Source: Octopus bimaculoides (lineage: Eukaryota). Taken from it: a DNA stretch of 64,000 nucleotides. Positions 12,971-25,512 of this stretch are shown piece by piece. Every line of letters begins with the position of its first letter. Within the stretch, counting starts at the first letter, position 1. The position numbers were made by a program, and so were the translations under genes. The DNA lies in NCBI RefSeq assembly GCF_001194135.2, contig NC_068989.1, positions 47,824,725 to 47,888,724 of the forward strand. Direction: 5' to 3'. Below the pieces are notes generated by a model. It was not told the DNA's origin. It searched no databases and was given only the letters and a program-made list of their open reading frames with translations.

Positions 12971-13040
<70 letters not shown>
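12971..13040. repeat. (TAA)n microsatellite
   Basis: Read directly from the sequence. Confidence 0.98.
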
Positions 13041-13864
13041 TATTTGTACAAGGTATCTAGTTCTAATAGTTTTATGTAATTATGTGGTTAATGCCTAGAA
13101 AATATACAGTAGTATATCATATAACAATTTAGATTATAATCAATAAAATATCCTGTATTTATACACCCAATCTTGCTTGGATATATTAGAGTTGATAGAA
13201 TCGTTAGAATATAAGAATGTCTCACAGAACGTGTTCTGACGCTGTACTTTGTAAGTTCAAATCCCACTGAGGGCAACTTTGCCTTTCGTCCTTACAGAAT
13301 CGATAAACCTATCCAAGGCGCAGATACGGCAGATATGTAAGAACGTCAAAACAGATGCCTTTCTATATATATTCAGGATTTTTACGTCCTGAGTTTAAAT
13401 CTCGCTGAAGCGTATTTGGGTGGTAGACTTAAATCCATCCCCTTGTTGAATACCAACACCTAGCACCTTGGGTGCCTCTAATAAAGTCCTCTTTGTTGCA
13501 AGCTTTCAAACCAGATCTTCGGCTTGATTATATCTTCGGCGCTCCCTCCCACAAACTTTGGAATCCCTTTAAGAATTCATGGACACTGCGTTCCTTTCTA
13601 ACAAAATGATAAAAAGAATAATACAACCATATGACTTTACTCTATTTTAAATAACTTTCTTTAAAAGTTTGCTTCCTGACAATCTTCAGTTGATCAGGAA
13701 TACAGATTTATTCAGAATCGTTCCATTCAATCAATTTCAAATATGATTTTAGTTGAGTTTCATAAATAAGTGCAAAACAGTAAAGAAAGAAATATGAAAT
13801 GTAACATTTGCATAGCTTACGGCCTTCTGGAACAATTGTTGAGCTCCTATACAAAATTCCCGTT

Positions 13865-14032
13865 ACCTCGCAGTGGCTGTGTCGGAAGAAGCTTGCTTTC
13901 CAACCATATGGTTCCGGGTTCTGTCACACTGCATGGTACCTTGGGCAAGTATCTTCTACTATAGCCTCGGGCTGACTAAATCCTTGTGAATTGATTTGGG
14001 AGACGGAAACTGAAAGAAAGCCTGTCGTTTAT

Positions 14033-14063
<31 letters not shown>

Positions 14064-14160
14064 CGCATATATACCTATGTTTGTATGGCTGTATTTGCCC
14101 CCCCCCCCGTCACCCTTTGGCAAACGGTATAGGTGTGCTTAGGTCCCCGTAACTTAGTGT
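13865..14160 (+). mobile_element. tRNA-derived SINE family B (CORE-like centre, internal microsatellite)
   Basis: Head gcagtggctgtgtcggaag...ggttccgggttc, CORE-like accttgggcaagtatcttctactatagcc, then (TG)n, then the partial tail gtccccgtaacttag. Confidence 0.85.
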
Positions 14161-15143
14161 AATAAGGATTTGTATTATTGGAATTAGCGTATTGGAATCA
14201 GCGTAATAAGGATCTGTATTATTGATAGAATTCACTTGGGAAACTTCTATAAAGTTTAGCTGTAGCAGATTTATCTGAAAAATCATGAATCCATCCGAGG
14301 CTTACAAAAATGATATTTGCCCAAGATAAACATGACCACGCGATTGCACAGGACCACGTGATTGGCTACGTGATTGCGAAGGGACCACAAAATTGCAAAA
14401 GGATCTTTTTAACCATTTGGTCCTACAGCACCTACATGCTTTTATCTGGGGGTAAATTTCAGCTATAGACACCTTTACCAGAAATCTGCAAATACTACGT
14501 GACGTCGTCTTTCAATTAAATAATTCATCGATACATATATATTTTTTAGTATTATTAGGTAATTATTAGGTAAATATAATTGTAATTGCGATATCCATAA
14601 TTGTATATGAAATATGAATAAGTTCTAAATACATATATTTAGGTCGCACATCTTAGCATTAACTGATATTTTTTTCTTTTGTTTACAAATGTGATATGTT
14701 ATATATAATTCGAGTTCATTGAGTTCCTTAATGATTAATTTCGTAACAATGATTAATTTCATAATAATTTCTATTGTTTTCTTCCATTATAATTATCTAT
14801 ACAAAATTTTAAGCATCAATAGTTATTTCCACAATTCACACTATTTGTAATATTTCCATAATAAGGGGTTTTGATAAGCATTTCACTTAAAGTTTATTCC
14901 GATATTTCTTAAAGAACATTTAAATACTTATTAATTGTAAGTTTTGCAGTTTTATATAACATCGTGAAATGTTAGTTATAATATGGCACTAATTTTTTGA
15001 AACCTTTATGTTTACATGATATGTGTAGAATACTAGAACATAGGTGTATTAGTTGCTCTTCAGATTTATATTCCTCATTTGGTCATTTTGAAGTTTAGAT
15101 TAGTACATACTTAAATGCAAAAAAACTCATCGTACACATCTAA

Positions 15144-15215
<72 letters not shown>

Positions 15216-15751
15216 ATGTGCGTGTGCATATGTGGGTGGGGTGCACGCATGTATACGATCAAAGAGACTGGTGATTGTTTGTATCGGCAGGACTAGTATC
15301 ATTTTGTTAAATTGATACACAGAGCACATTGAACTCGTTACAGAGAAAAGTTGAAGATATTAGAGTCAAGAAGAAGGAGTAGGGCTGGGCATTTGNNNNN
15401 NNNNNNNNNNNNNNNNNNNNNNNNNNNNNNNNNNNNNNNNNNNNNNNNNNNNNNNNNNNNNNNNNNNNNNNNNNNNNNNNNNNNNNNNNNNNNNNNNNNN
15501 NNNNNNNNNNNNNNNNNNNNNNNNNNNNNNNNNNNNNNNNNNNNNNNNNNNNNNNNNNNNNNNNNNNNNNNNNNNNNNNNNNNNNNNNNNNNNNNNNNNN
15601 NNNNNNNNNNNNNNNNNNNNNNNNNNNNNNNNNNNNNNNNNNNNNNNNNNNNNNNNNNNNNNNNNNNNNNNNNNNNNNNNNNNNNNNNNNNNNNNNNNNN
15701 NNNNNNNNNNNNNNNNNNNNNNNNNNNNNNNNNNNNNNNNNNNNNNNNNNN

Positions 15752-15785
<34 letters not shown>

Positions 15786-15979
15786 CAAGCTACTTACCAC
15801 ACAGGCACTTCTGCGCATATTTGTAAAACTTTCCAGAAGTTTATTATTTAAGTATATATGCATATGTTTAGATATGCAACTATATGCATGTGAATACATG
15901 CATAAAGCAAAATATACAAATCTGCACCTGCACTGACTCCAAATACTGCACATTTACACATATATATGCCAGAATACCC

Positions 15980-16824
15980 GGATCTTTTCTGTTTGGTTGC
16001 CAACGGCTCCAAAAATTAAAGTTTAACCAAAATTTTAAAATTTGGCACAATAATACACTTGCCCAAACTGAATTGCTGGAGTTATTTCATTTTTTCCTGA
16101 AAAATGTTTTTTAAAATGTTATAGAGGTTTAAAGTTTAATCATTTTCACCCAGTCAGGAAACAGGATTTGGATACTGGCATTTTGTGTCTGACTGTCCAC
16201 TTTGTCGTCAACATCACGTGTTGTCAATATTTGTAAAAAAAAACGTGTTATTTAACTGTTATTTTTAGCACACCTCATAACCAGCTCAATGTTCAATGAC
16301 AAAAAGAAACAAACATTAATAAAAAAAAATTTTAATATGTTTAATTACAATTTAAACATGCTTAAAAACCAAACATTTAACTTTCGGTTTTGATGTTTAA
16401 AATATCCTCCTCTGTTCCCAATGTTTCCATAATACAAGCGAAGTTACTGGAACTTGCTGCCATAACCACACAAAACACAGCGTCAAATTTGTCAACATGT
16501 GCTTCCTCGCAGATAAAAGACTTTTCAAAGACAGCCCGGATTCGTTTGTTACTATGGCAACAGGCACGTTGAGAGAGAAAAGAGTTCTCATGTTCCGCTT
16601 CTTACTATTGAAATAGCTATGAATGTGTCTGTGGATTACGACTGCTAAAATTATCAAAATTTTCAAACTTCAGTTACTAATAACTCTTTATTTATTGATT
16701 TATAGCGAAAATGACTTTCACGTGATTAATTAGCCTATAAAAGTGTATCATTACACTGAATATGAAAACAATTCTAACAGAAAATTGACGCTGGCAGCCG
16801 CTGGCAACCAAACAGAAGAGATTC
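15980..16824. mobile_element. Unclassified TIR DNA transposon (Merlin or hAT candidate)
   Basis: 29-bp inverted ends (ggatcttttctgtttggttgccaacggct at 15980-16008 vs the reverse complement of 16796-16824, 26/29 match). Flanks gaataccc and aaatacct resemble an 8-bp TSD (6/8). Confidence 0.65.
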
Positions 16825-16913
16825 AAATACCTTGTTACTGAAGGAGACTTGGACACAGGTTAGAAACCGACTACTTCTCTATTGGCAAGAAATCTTGAAA
16901 TAAACTGAATAGT

Positions 16914-16957
<44 letters not shown>

Positions 16958-18159
16958 TACATACATACATACATATTTACAACATACATAATGTAGACAT
17001 ATATTCAATTTCAATAACACAAAAATCGGGGTTGTATTTAACAAATTTTGGGATATTATCCCAGCTTAGCGAAAACAAAACGAGTAACCTTATAGTACAT
17101 ATTAACCAGAATATGAAATTAAAAAAATATTATATATTTGCTTCTAATTCAACTATATTAATATCGTCAACATTTGGGATGTAACCAGATAAATTTTCAT
17201 AACGTCGTTATCGCTCTCCTCCCCATGAATTAGACATTTCTGATCATATTTGCATTAATTCTGTTATTTTATTCTGAAATATTTTGGAATTAATTTAAAC
17301 TTTTATGCTTCTTTGTTAGTTTTGTGCTTAAATTTGATTATAAATAAGAAAAAAAAATTGCATCGCATTTTCACAAAAACTACGCCTTCTTAGCAATTTT
17401 CCTACGAATTAAATTCGATTCTATCTATAGGAAATATATCTTTGAAAGGACTGCTGGTGATTTTAATACTTATTGCCTAAAGCGAGAATTTTTCTCGACA
17501 GCAAACAGTCTTTATATGGTCTTTATACAGGTTATGTATGTCACAAACGTTTAAAGTGATCTAAATGTTTATTTACTCACGGCACAGTTTTAATGCGACT
17601 ACCACAATGTCCGATACTATATTTCATCAAAGCATTGCTATAGATATCGATGTGATTAAATTTTCTAACTATTATTGTGAACCATCGCAAAGGGGTGCTT
17701 AATTTATTAATTTTCTTTCCTGCTTTTCGTCTTTTATTTTAGTCTTTTTAGTTCATTAAATAGAATCGTTCAGACTTCCGCCATACTTCACTGATAAGGA
17801 AACCATGTGGGGCTCACTTGATTTGTTAAATTTTATATTTTAATTGAACAAGTAATTAACTTAACAAGCAACTAGAAACACGCGTATGAATCAACAGTTT
17901 ATATACTGGTCATTGACCTAGCTTTTGTATTTCAACTAAGTTTTGTATTTGTCTTTCGAAAATGATTTTAGAACTTAAGTAGTATAATATAGCATTAGAC
18001 TTTTCATGTAGTGTACTTCTTATATTATATAAATTGTCATGTGCAACGTGATATTCACATTTGTATTTTGAAAATATCATGTTAGTTATATCTAGGAAGC
18101 GTATTTTGTCAACTACATGAATATTATTCATGTCAGATGAAAATTATCTTTTATTTGAT

Positions 18160-18800
18160 TCAGTCTTTTTATACTGCGGCCGTGCTGGGACTCTGCCCGA
18201 AAGGTTTTAGTCGAATAAATTCATCCCAATACATACTTTGAACTCCGGTACTTATTCTATCCCTGTCCTTTGTCGAACCGCTAGATTAATGGAACGTAAA
18301 GATCGTCCACCGAGATTGCCCAGCAGTGGTAGGATACAAACACAAACACAAACACGCATTCACATACATATGGTACATGTATATATCTAAACAAACACAC
18401 ACACATGCAAACATACACAGGCACACATACACACATATACATGTGTATGTGTGCGTGTGTGTATGTATATGTAATTTGAGGTAATGAAGCCGGTAAAATC
18501 CAGGCTACATTTGTTACCTAGCTAACATTTAGTAATAATTATTCAACGAAGAGTACTCCACTAGATACTTATCTGGCCGAAGATACCTTATTTAAATGAA
18601 GGTCACATTGTCATTAAAGAATCCCAAGTTAACTCGCCGGATATGATTGGCTCCTTTCAGTTTCGTCTACCAAATGTGTTCATATGTCCTTAGTCGGCCC
18701 GCATATATAGCAGAAGACACTTGCCCAAGCTGCTACACATTGGGACTGAACTCGAGACCACAGTTTAACAAGCAATCTTCTTACCACACAACCACACCTG
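18160..18800 (-). mobile_element. SINE family B, decayed (head 18640-18800, tail 18160-18350)
   Basis: gaagacacttgcccaag...tgggactgaactcg...cttaccacac head and gaaccgctag...tcgaataaa tail, separated by CA/TA repeats and extra sequence. Confidence 0.7.
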
Positions 18801-18849
18801 CGTCTATTTTACGTATAGTTTTATTAATAATATGAGCATTATCGAAAAA

Positions 18850-19250
18850 GGCGGAGAGCTGGGCGAAATGCTTTGCGGTATTTCGTCTGTCCTTACGTTG
18901 TGAGTTCAACTTCCGCCCATGTCGACTTTGCCTTTCATCCTTTCGAGTTCGATAACTTAAGTACCAGTTGCGTATTTGGGTCAGTCCTCAAAATTTACGG
19001 GCTTTGTGCCTAGAGTAGAAAAGAATAATATGAGCATTATTGAACAAGGCGGAGAGCTGGCCGAATCGTTTGCACGCCGGACAAAGTGCTCTGCGGTATT
19101 TCATCCGTCTTTACCACCGAAGTCGACTTTGCATTTAATTCTTTTAGGGGACGACAGCATAAGTACCAGTTGAAAAATGGGGTCGATGTAATCAACTCAA
19201 ACCCTCCCCCTGAAATGTCTGACCGTGTGCCATAAATTGAAACCAGTATG
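18850..19250 (+). mobile_element. Two tandem SINE A copies with different tails
   Basis: Copies at about 18850-19026 and 19047-19250; a 37-bp direct repeat lies at 18826-18862 and 19024-19060. Confidence 0.85.
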
Positions 19251-21346
19251 TTTATTATCAATTGGGATAAGAAGAATTGACGAACTTCCGATAAGCTAAC
19301 GCTATATTTTACATTTACATATGAAATATAATTCATTACGACGATTTATACCCCATCTCAGTTTCCTGATGAATTTCAAGTCTCTCTTGTTGCCTAAATG
19401 ACAAATATAGCTAATAGTCACTTAGTACTTTAATTCACTGAATACAGGATCCTGTGGTAGTCACTTGTACTGTTTCTTGTACAAGTATTCAATTTTAAAT
19501 TCAATCTGTTACTAGAAACTCAAGTCTAAGGAGTCGTTAACGAGAGTCTAATATTTATATATATATANNNNNNNNNNNNNNNNNNNNNNNNNNNNNNNNN
19601 NNNNNNNNNNNNNNNNNNNNNNNNNNNNNNNNNNNNNNNNNNNNNNNNNNNNNNNNNNNNNNNNNNNNNNNNNNNNNNNNNNNNNNNNNNNNNNNNNNNN
19701 NNNNNNNNNNNNNNNNNNNNNNNNNNNNNNNNNNNNNNNNNNNNNNNNNNNNNNNNNNNNNNNNNNNNNNNNNNNNNNNNNNNNNNNNNNNNNNNNNNNN
19801 NNNNNNNNNNNNNNNNNNNNNNNNNNNNNNNNNNNNNNNNNNNNNNNNNNNNNNNNNNNNNNNNNNNNNNNNNNNNNNNNNNNNNNNNNNNNNNNNNNNN
19901 NNNNNNNNNNNNNNNNNNNNNNNNNNNNNNNNNNNNNNNNNNNNNNNNNNNNNNNNNNNNNNNNNNNNNNNNNNNNNNNNNNNNNNNNNNNNNNNNNNNN
20001 NNNNNNNNNNNNNNNNNNNNNNNNNNNNNNNNNNNNNNNNNNNATACATTGAAAGTTCCTAAGCGAGTGAATGTCATCGCGTTCATAATCTTTCATTATA
20101 TTTAATATTTTCTACTCGTTTGTGTGTTAATCTTTACGTTTGGAAAGGGAAACACAACATCAAACCATTATTCTTTCATTTCACGCTGTTTTCTAATTAT
20201 ATTACATAGATCTATTCATATTTTATATTCTTCTCGTATATTTCAATTATTATTATTAGTATTATTAGTACTGTTTGTTTACTTAGCCTTTAATAAAAAT
20301 TCTTGGCCTTATTTTCTTTCTGTTTGTATGAAGTCTGAATTAGGAAGGTTATTAGGACTTCTGGCATCCGTATATACGTATGTGTGCGCATGGATGTGTA
20401 TGTGTGTACGTATGTGTGTGTTTGAATATGTGTGTGTGTGTGTGTGCACGGTAGTTTTTGTATGGTTTAGTATCTATATATCTAGTTCTATTTGTGTGTG
20501 TTTGCGTGTGTACGGAAAGAGAGAAAGATCGAGCGAGAGAGATATTGTTATACATACTTATTAATTACTTTTCAGGCGAGAAATATATGTATGGCTTTAC
20601 GCCTATATGAATGCGAGTGCTTATTAGTTTGTGTGTGATTACACATAAACACTCGCGCGCGCGCAAACACGCACGCAGACACACAAAACACACATACATA
20701 TTTATATATATTTATATATGTGTATGTGTGTGTGCATATACATATATTTATGTATACATGTGATTGTGTGAGCGGAAAGGTTTCTGTGCGTACGCCTCAC
20801 TGTATCTGTGTATAGTTATTTAATTAGTGGCCATTTCTTATAAACGTCTTTCTTTTTATATTGTGTCTATGATACTAAGAAAATACGAAAGATATTGCAA
20901 TAAAAACTAATGCCGCTTTGATCGTTTAATCTAAAATGGGAAAAATTGATGAAAGATAAATTAACAATTATAAGGAAATAAAAGGAAAATCATAATTCAT
21001 TATTGTTCTATTAGAATGAAGTATAATTTCTGACTTTGGTGCAAGTCTCCTACATTTAAAAATGGCATGAAATCAACCAAATTAGTTCCAGTTATTTTTT
21101 CTTAATCTTGCGTTCTTTCATAGCCCTAGTGAGGACAAATAGCGCGATGGTCACAGTGGAGCAAAGACAGGCATTGAGAGTATTAAGGGAATGTCAGCAT
21201 CACAGCGAAGAGCTAATATAGCAAGGAATTTGCTCCAATGACGAATGTGTTTTTTCGACTGGAAAGAAAAAAAACTCATAGTGTATATATGAGAAACATT
21301 TTTACGGAAAATATATGCATATACAGCTGCACGCACACACACGCAC

Positions 21347-21397
<51 letters not shown>

Positions 21398-21898
21398 ACA
21401 CACAAACACTCAAACACATGCACATAACGATATACAGTGGAGAAGGCTAGACACTGGATTTGGTTAAAAAGAGACGATGAGCGATGGCTAGAGNNNNNNN
21501 NNNNNNNNNNNNNNNNNNNNNNNNNNNNNNNNNNNNNNNNNNNNNNNNNNNNNNNNNNNNNNNNNNNNNNNNNNNNNNNNNNNNNNNNNNNNNNNNNNNN
21601 NNNNNNNNNNNNNNNNNNNNNNNNNNNNNNNNNNNNNNNNNNNNNNNNNNNNNNNNNNNNNNNNNNNNNNNNNNNNNNNNNNNNNNNNNNNNNNNNNNNN
21701 NNNNNNNNNNNNNNNNNNNNNNNNNNNNNNNNNNNNNNNNNNNNNNNNNNNNNNNNNNNNNNNNNNNNNNNNNNNNNNNNNNNNNNNNNNNNNNNNNNNN
21801 NNNNNNNNNNNNNNNNNNNNNNNNNNNNNNNNNNNNNNNNNNNNNNNNNNNNNNNNNNNNNNNNNNNNNGTGTGTGTGTGTGTGTGTGTATACATATA

Positions 21899-23157
21899 CT
21901 GGATGTAACAGTTAAGTTGGGACCATTTAAATATCTTTGATATGATTGGCATCACTCGGAAAAATAAAACACTGCAAGTTTTATGTTTATGCCAATATAT
22001 TGTGGCATGTTTAACACTTATTTCATTTGAATGTGGCCGTCATTTGCTTTCTTTGTCAGTTCAATTCGTTTATAAAATGATGCGCATGCCATAACTATTT
22101 GCTCCTTTTTCATTATACTGAATGCTCACTAGATCGAAGCTTTCATTGAAGACACAGTTGTGAGAAGTTGCATTGGATATTACTTCATCTGCACCCCATA
22201 GCAAAAACTCATATGGATTTAAATATGATGAGCTAGAGGGCCAGATATCTTTAGGGACAAACATGAGCAGTTCCTTCTTTAAAAAATTCTTGCACTCTTT
22301 TCGAAGAATGGACTGGTGCAGAGTCCTGTACAAACATGACTCGAATTGCATCATAATGCTTCCTAATCTAAGGCAACAAAATTTCTAAGATTTTGAGATG
22401 CTCTGCTGTGTTGATTTTAAGAAATGTTTCAATAAAAGGAGGCGGCATTAATTTTCCATCACTTGCAACAGCTCCAAAAACTATAATGGAAGCCAGATTC
22501 TTGCTATGCATAACTGAAAGAGCTTGGAAAGGGCTGTATGCTATCACTCATGAGTTTTGATGGTTTGCAATTTTGTCTACCATGAATTTCATTTCATACA
22601 CGATGATGTGACATCTCCTACACGATATTTCAGACGACTAAGAAATTTCGGACTTCTTTTAGCTCGAATGACTTTGGAGCGGGTAGTTAGGACGTTACGT
22701 TTTCTCCTCACATACGATTTCATATGGAAGTCTTGTCTCACAGCCCTAGAAACGGTCATTTTACTGATTCCTTGATCTTGAGCCAACTTCACCATCGATT
22801 TTGATGGGTTCGACTGAATAGATCTTTCCAGTCTTGTTAAGAAGCGAGGTGTGCATTTTCGGTCACTACGAGGACTGTGAAGCTTCCTCTGAACATCCTG
22901 ACTTTTCTTCAAATTGGCTACAACTCTAAAACAGTAGATTTGGCATACTTTGTAGCTCTAACAATCTCCCCAGCACTTTTTCCGGTGCGGAATAGTTCGT
23001 CAATTGCACTTCTACGGTTTAATTCTTTATAAACATTAATAGTTTGTTCAATCTGAAATACAAAATAGTACAAGTGGTTATTTAAAATTTGGACTCCAAC
23101 GAAATATTTAGAAATATACGCATTTGAAACTTGACCCAATTTGTCTGTTACACCCTG
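21899..23157 (-). mobile_element. Full-length decayed Tc1/mariner element, maT-like (D37 spacing)
   Basis: N-terminal HTH region ELNRRSAIDELFRTGKSAGEIVRATKYAKSTV...SKSMVKLAQDQGISKMTVSRAVRQD. Catalytic region VQDSAPVHSSKRVQEF...IWPSSSSYLNPYE with frameshifts. 26-bp TIRs match 20/26; TA on the left. Confidence 0.88.
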
Positions 23158-23173
23158 TTATATGTGTATATAT

Positions 23174-23386
23174 ATAATTGATTAAGTAAACAGAGGATGA
23201 ATTAGGTATTAGTCTTTATTTTGTACGACGATCACACCTGATGAGATCCAGAGAGCTAAATGGATGCAACACAACATGATGCACAGAATACCATCTATAA
23301 GAGACAGTAGCAGGATGGGTCCAAATGATCGTCGTACAAAATAAAGGCCAATACCAAATCCATCTTTTGTTTATTTAATCAATTAT
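23174..23386. mobile_element. 213-bp hairpin element with 61-bp inverted arms (MITE-like)
   Basis: Arms 23174-23234 and 23326-23386 are reverse complements with about 7 mismatches; TA-rich flanks. Confidence 0.7.
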
Positions 23387-23399
23387 TATCTGAACTAAA

Positions 23400-24151
23400 A
23401 CTGCGAAATTCCTGAAGTAGATCCAACAGAAGTATACCCCAACTGCAGATCACATCAGGTAGCCTATACTGTGTGAACAATTAACCGACACAGTCGCACC
23501 AACTGGGCTCAGGAAAATCTGCATGTTACTATGGAACACCATTTGAACTTACCAGCGATCACAGTGTGTTGTGTGATAGTTGAATTGGGCATCCTAGGGC
23601 CATTCTATTTTGACCAAACTGTCACTGGGAATGTTTATCTAAACATGCAGCAGGAACCCCTCATTTTGTGTGTCGAAGAGTTGCTTGATGACGAAGAGAT
23701 TTACTTTTCAGCAAGATGGAGAAATTTCCTACTGCCATCGTGATGTAAGGACGTATCTCGATGCAACATTTCTGAATACATGGAAATAGATTGAGTGAAG
23801 AGGTAGAGTAGAATTCCCTATAGGTTCTCCAAATCTGACTCCAATGGACTTCTTTTTTTTATGGGAGTATATCAAAGATAAATTTTACAGCTCAAAACCA
23901 GCAACAGTCAATGTGTTGAAAGAGGAAATTCAAAGATAGTGTCTTGCAGTTCCAAATGAAATTATTCGCAACGCTGTTAAATCCATTGGTCTGTGTTATC
24001 GGCTGTTTTTGGAAAGTAGTGGTCGTCAGTTTGAAATTTGTAAACTTGCATTTATTCATAAATGCATTTAACCATTAATTTTATTTCTCAGTCAATAAAC
24101 AATGGATGTATTGTTATTTAAAGAGTGAATACCTTTTTGGGACATTGAGTG
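23400..24151 (+). mobile_element. 5'-truncated Tc1/mariner element, DD41D (rosa/VS-like) type
   Basis: INRHSRTNWAQENLHVTMEHHLNLP...GILGPFYFDQTVTGNVYL...FQQDG...RGRVEFPIGSPNLTPMDFF. D-D spacing is 43, or 41 if a 6-nt insertion (K*) is removed. Right end gggacattgagtg followed by TA. Confidence 0.85.
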
Positions 24152-25209
24152 TATGTATATATAATAAACACAGTAATAAACACAGTATAATAAACACGAT
24201 AATAATAAACACGATAATAAACACAGTAAACTAAAATCCAGCATACGTACATATTCAGGCATTTCTACACCCGTTACTTGCGGTGTACAAAACACATATA
24301 ATTTCATCAGTAATTAATCACAAACGCTCTCGCTCTTTGTCTTCGTCAGTCATGCCTACAGAGGTCAGCGATCAAGGATCTTCCAGCCAAAGTTTAAAGA
24401 TTCGTGATTTTCTAGAGAAAGATTACAACAGTGGTTTGCCTTCTGTCAATTTACATACCGTTTACTCTGCTCATCTGCTCTTTTCTCGAACTTTTTCTTG
24501 AACAGCATGACCAGTTTACCTCTTAAGCAAGGTGGTTGGTTCAAGCGATATCAGGGTATCTTCAGACACTACTAACTCAGCCTAGTAGTGGTAACTAAAT
24601 AGTAATTCCATATTTCACAAAAGTCTTGACCTCCCCCATTGGAGATTCACCCGCGGACGTAGTTTATTTTTAATCTTATTTTCAATGAAACAGCTAAACT
24701 ACAAACACTCACATACATATGCAATACAGATTTTCCGTACATACAAGCAATATGCATATACATACATACAAAGAAGTGCTGACATGTTCCTGGCATTGAG
24801 TAAAAGAAAATAGAGGAGGTTAAGTTGATTACGATTTTCTTCAACATATCCTCCTCTCAGATTCACACACTTATTGCGGTCCTTTAGCTTTTCTAAGCCC
24901 CGAAAAAGAGCTCAGAAGGTTGGACTACCAACAAGGGCTTTCGCGATACGCTTATAGCTCCTTCAGCACCCCATCGTATAATGCACAAACTACACTACAG
25001 CTGTCTCTCAACACCGTTACACATAGATGACGATATAGATACAATATATACCAGATTAAAGCTGAATCACGCTCTTTAAACGATAAAAATATGTTGACAT
25101 GGAATATACATATGTGAAACGTTGACCGAAACATAAACTCTAAACACAGGTAAGTGAGAAAAGGCACATGTACACACCGCTATACTACACAACATCGATA
25201 GATAAATAG

Positions 25210-25512
25210 ATGGACCGATGTTGGCACTCCGTCGCTTACGACGTCGAGGGTTCCAGTTGATCCGATCAACGGAACAGCCTGCTCGTGAAATTAACGTGCA
25301 AGTGGCCGAGTACTCCACAGACACGTGTACCCTTAACGTAGTTCTCGGGGATATTCAGCGTGACACAGTGTGACAAGGTTGGCCCTTTGAAATACAGCTA
25401 CAACAGAAACAGGAAGAAAGAGTGAGAGAAAGTTGTGGTGAAAGAGTAGAGCAGGGTTCACCACCAATCCCCTGCCGGAGCCTCATGGAGCTTTAGGTGT
25501 TTTCGCTCAATA
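25210..25512 (-). mobile_element. SINE family C, 5'-truncated
   Basis: Matches the body of 33851-34228 (ggcactccgtcg...gagggttccagttgatccgatcaacggaacagcctgc...). Confidence 0.88.
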
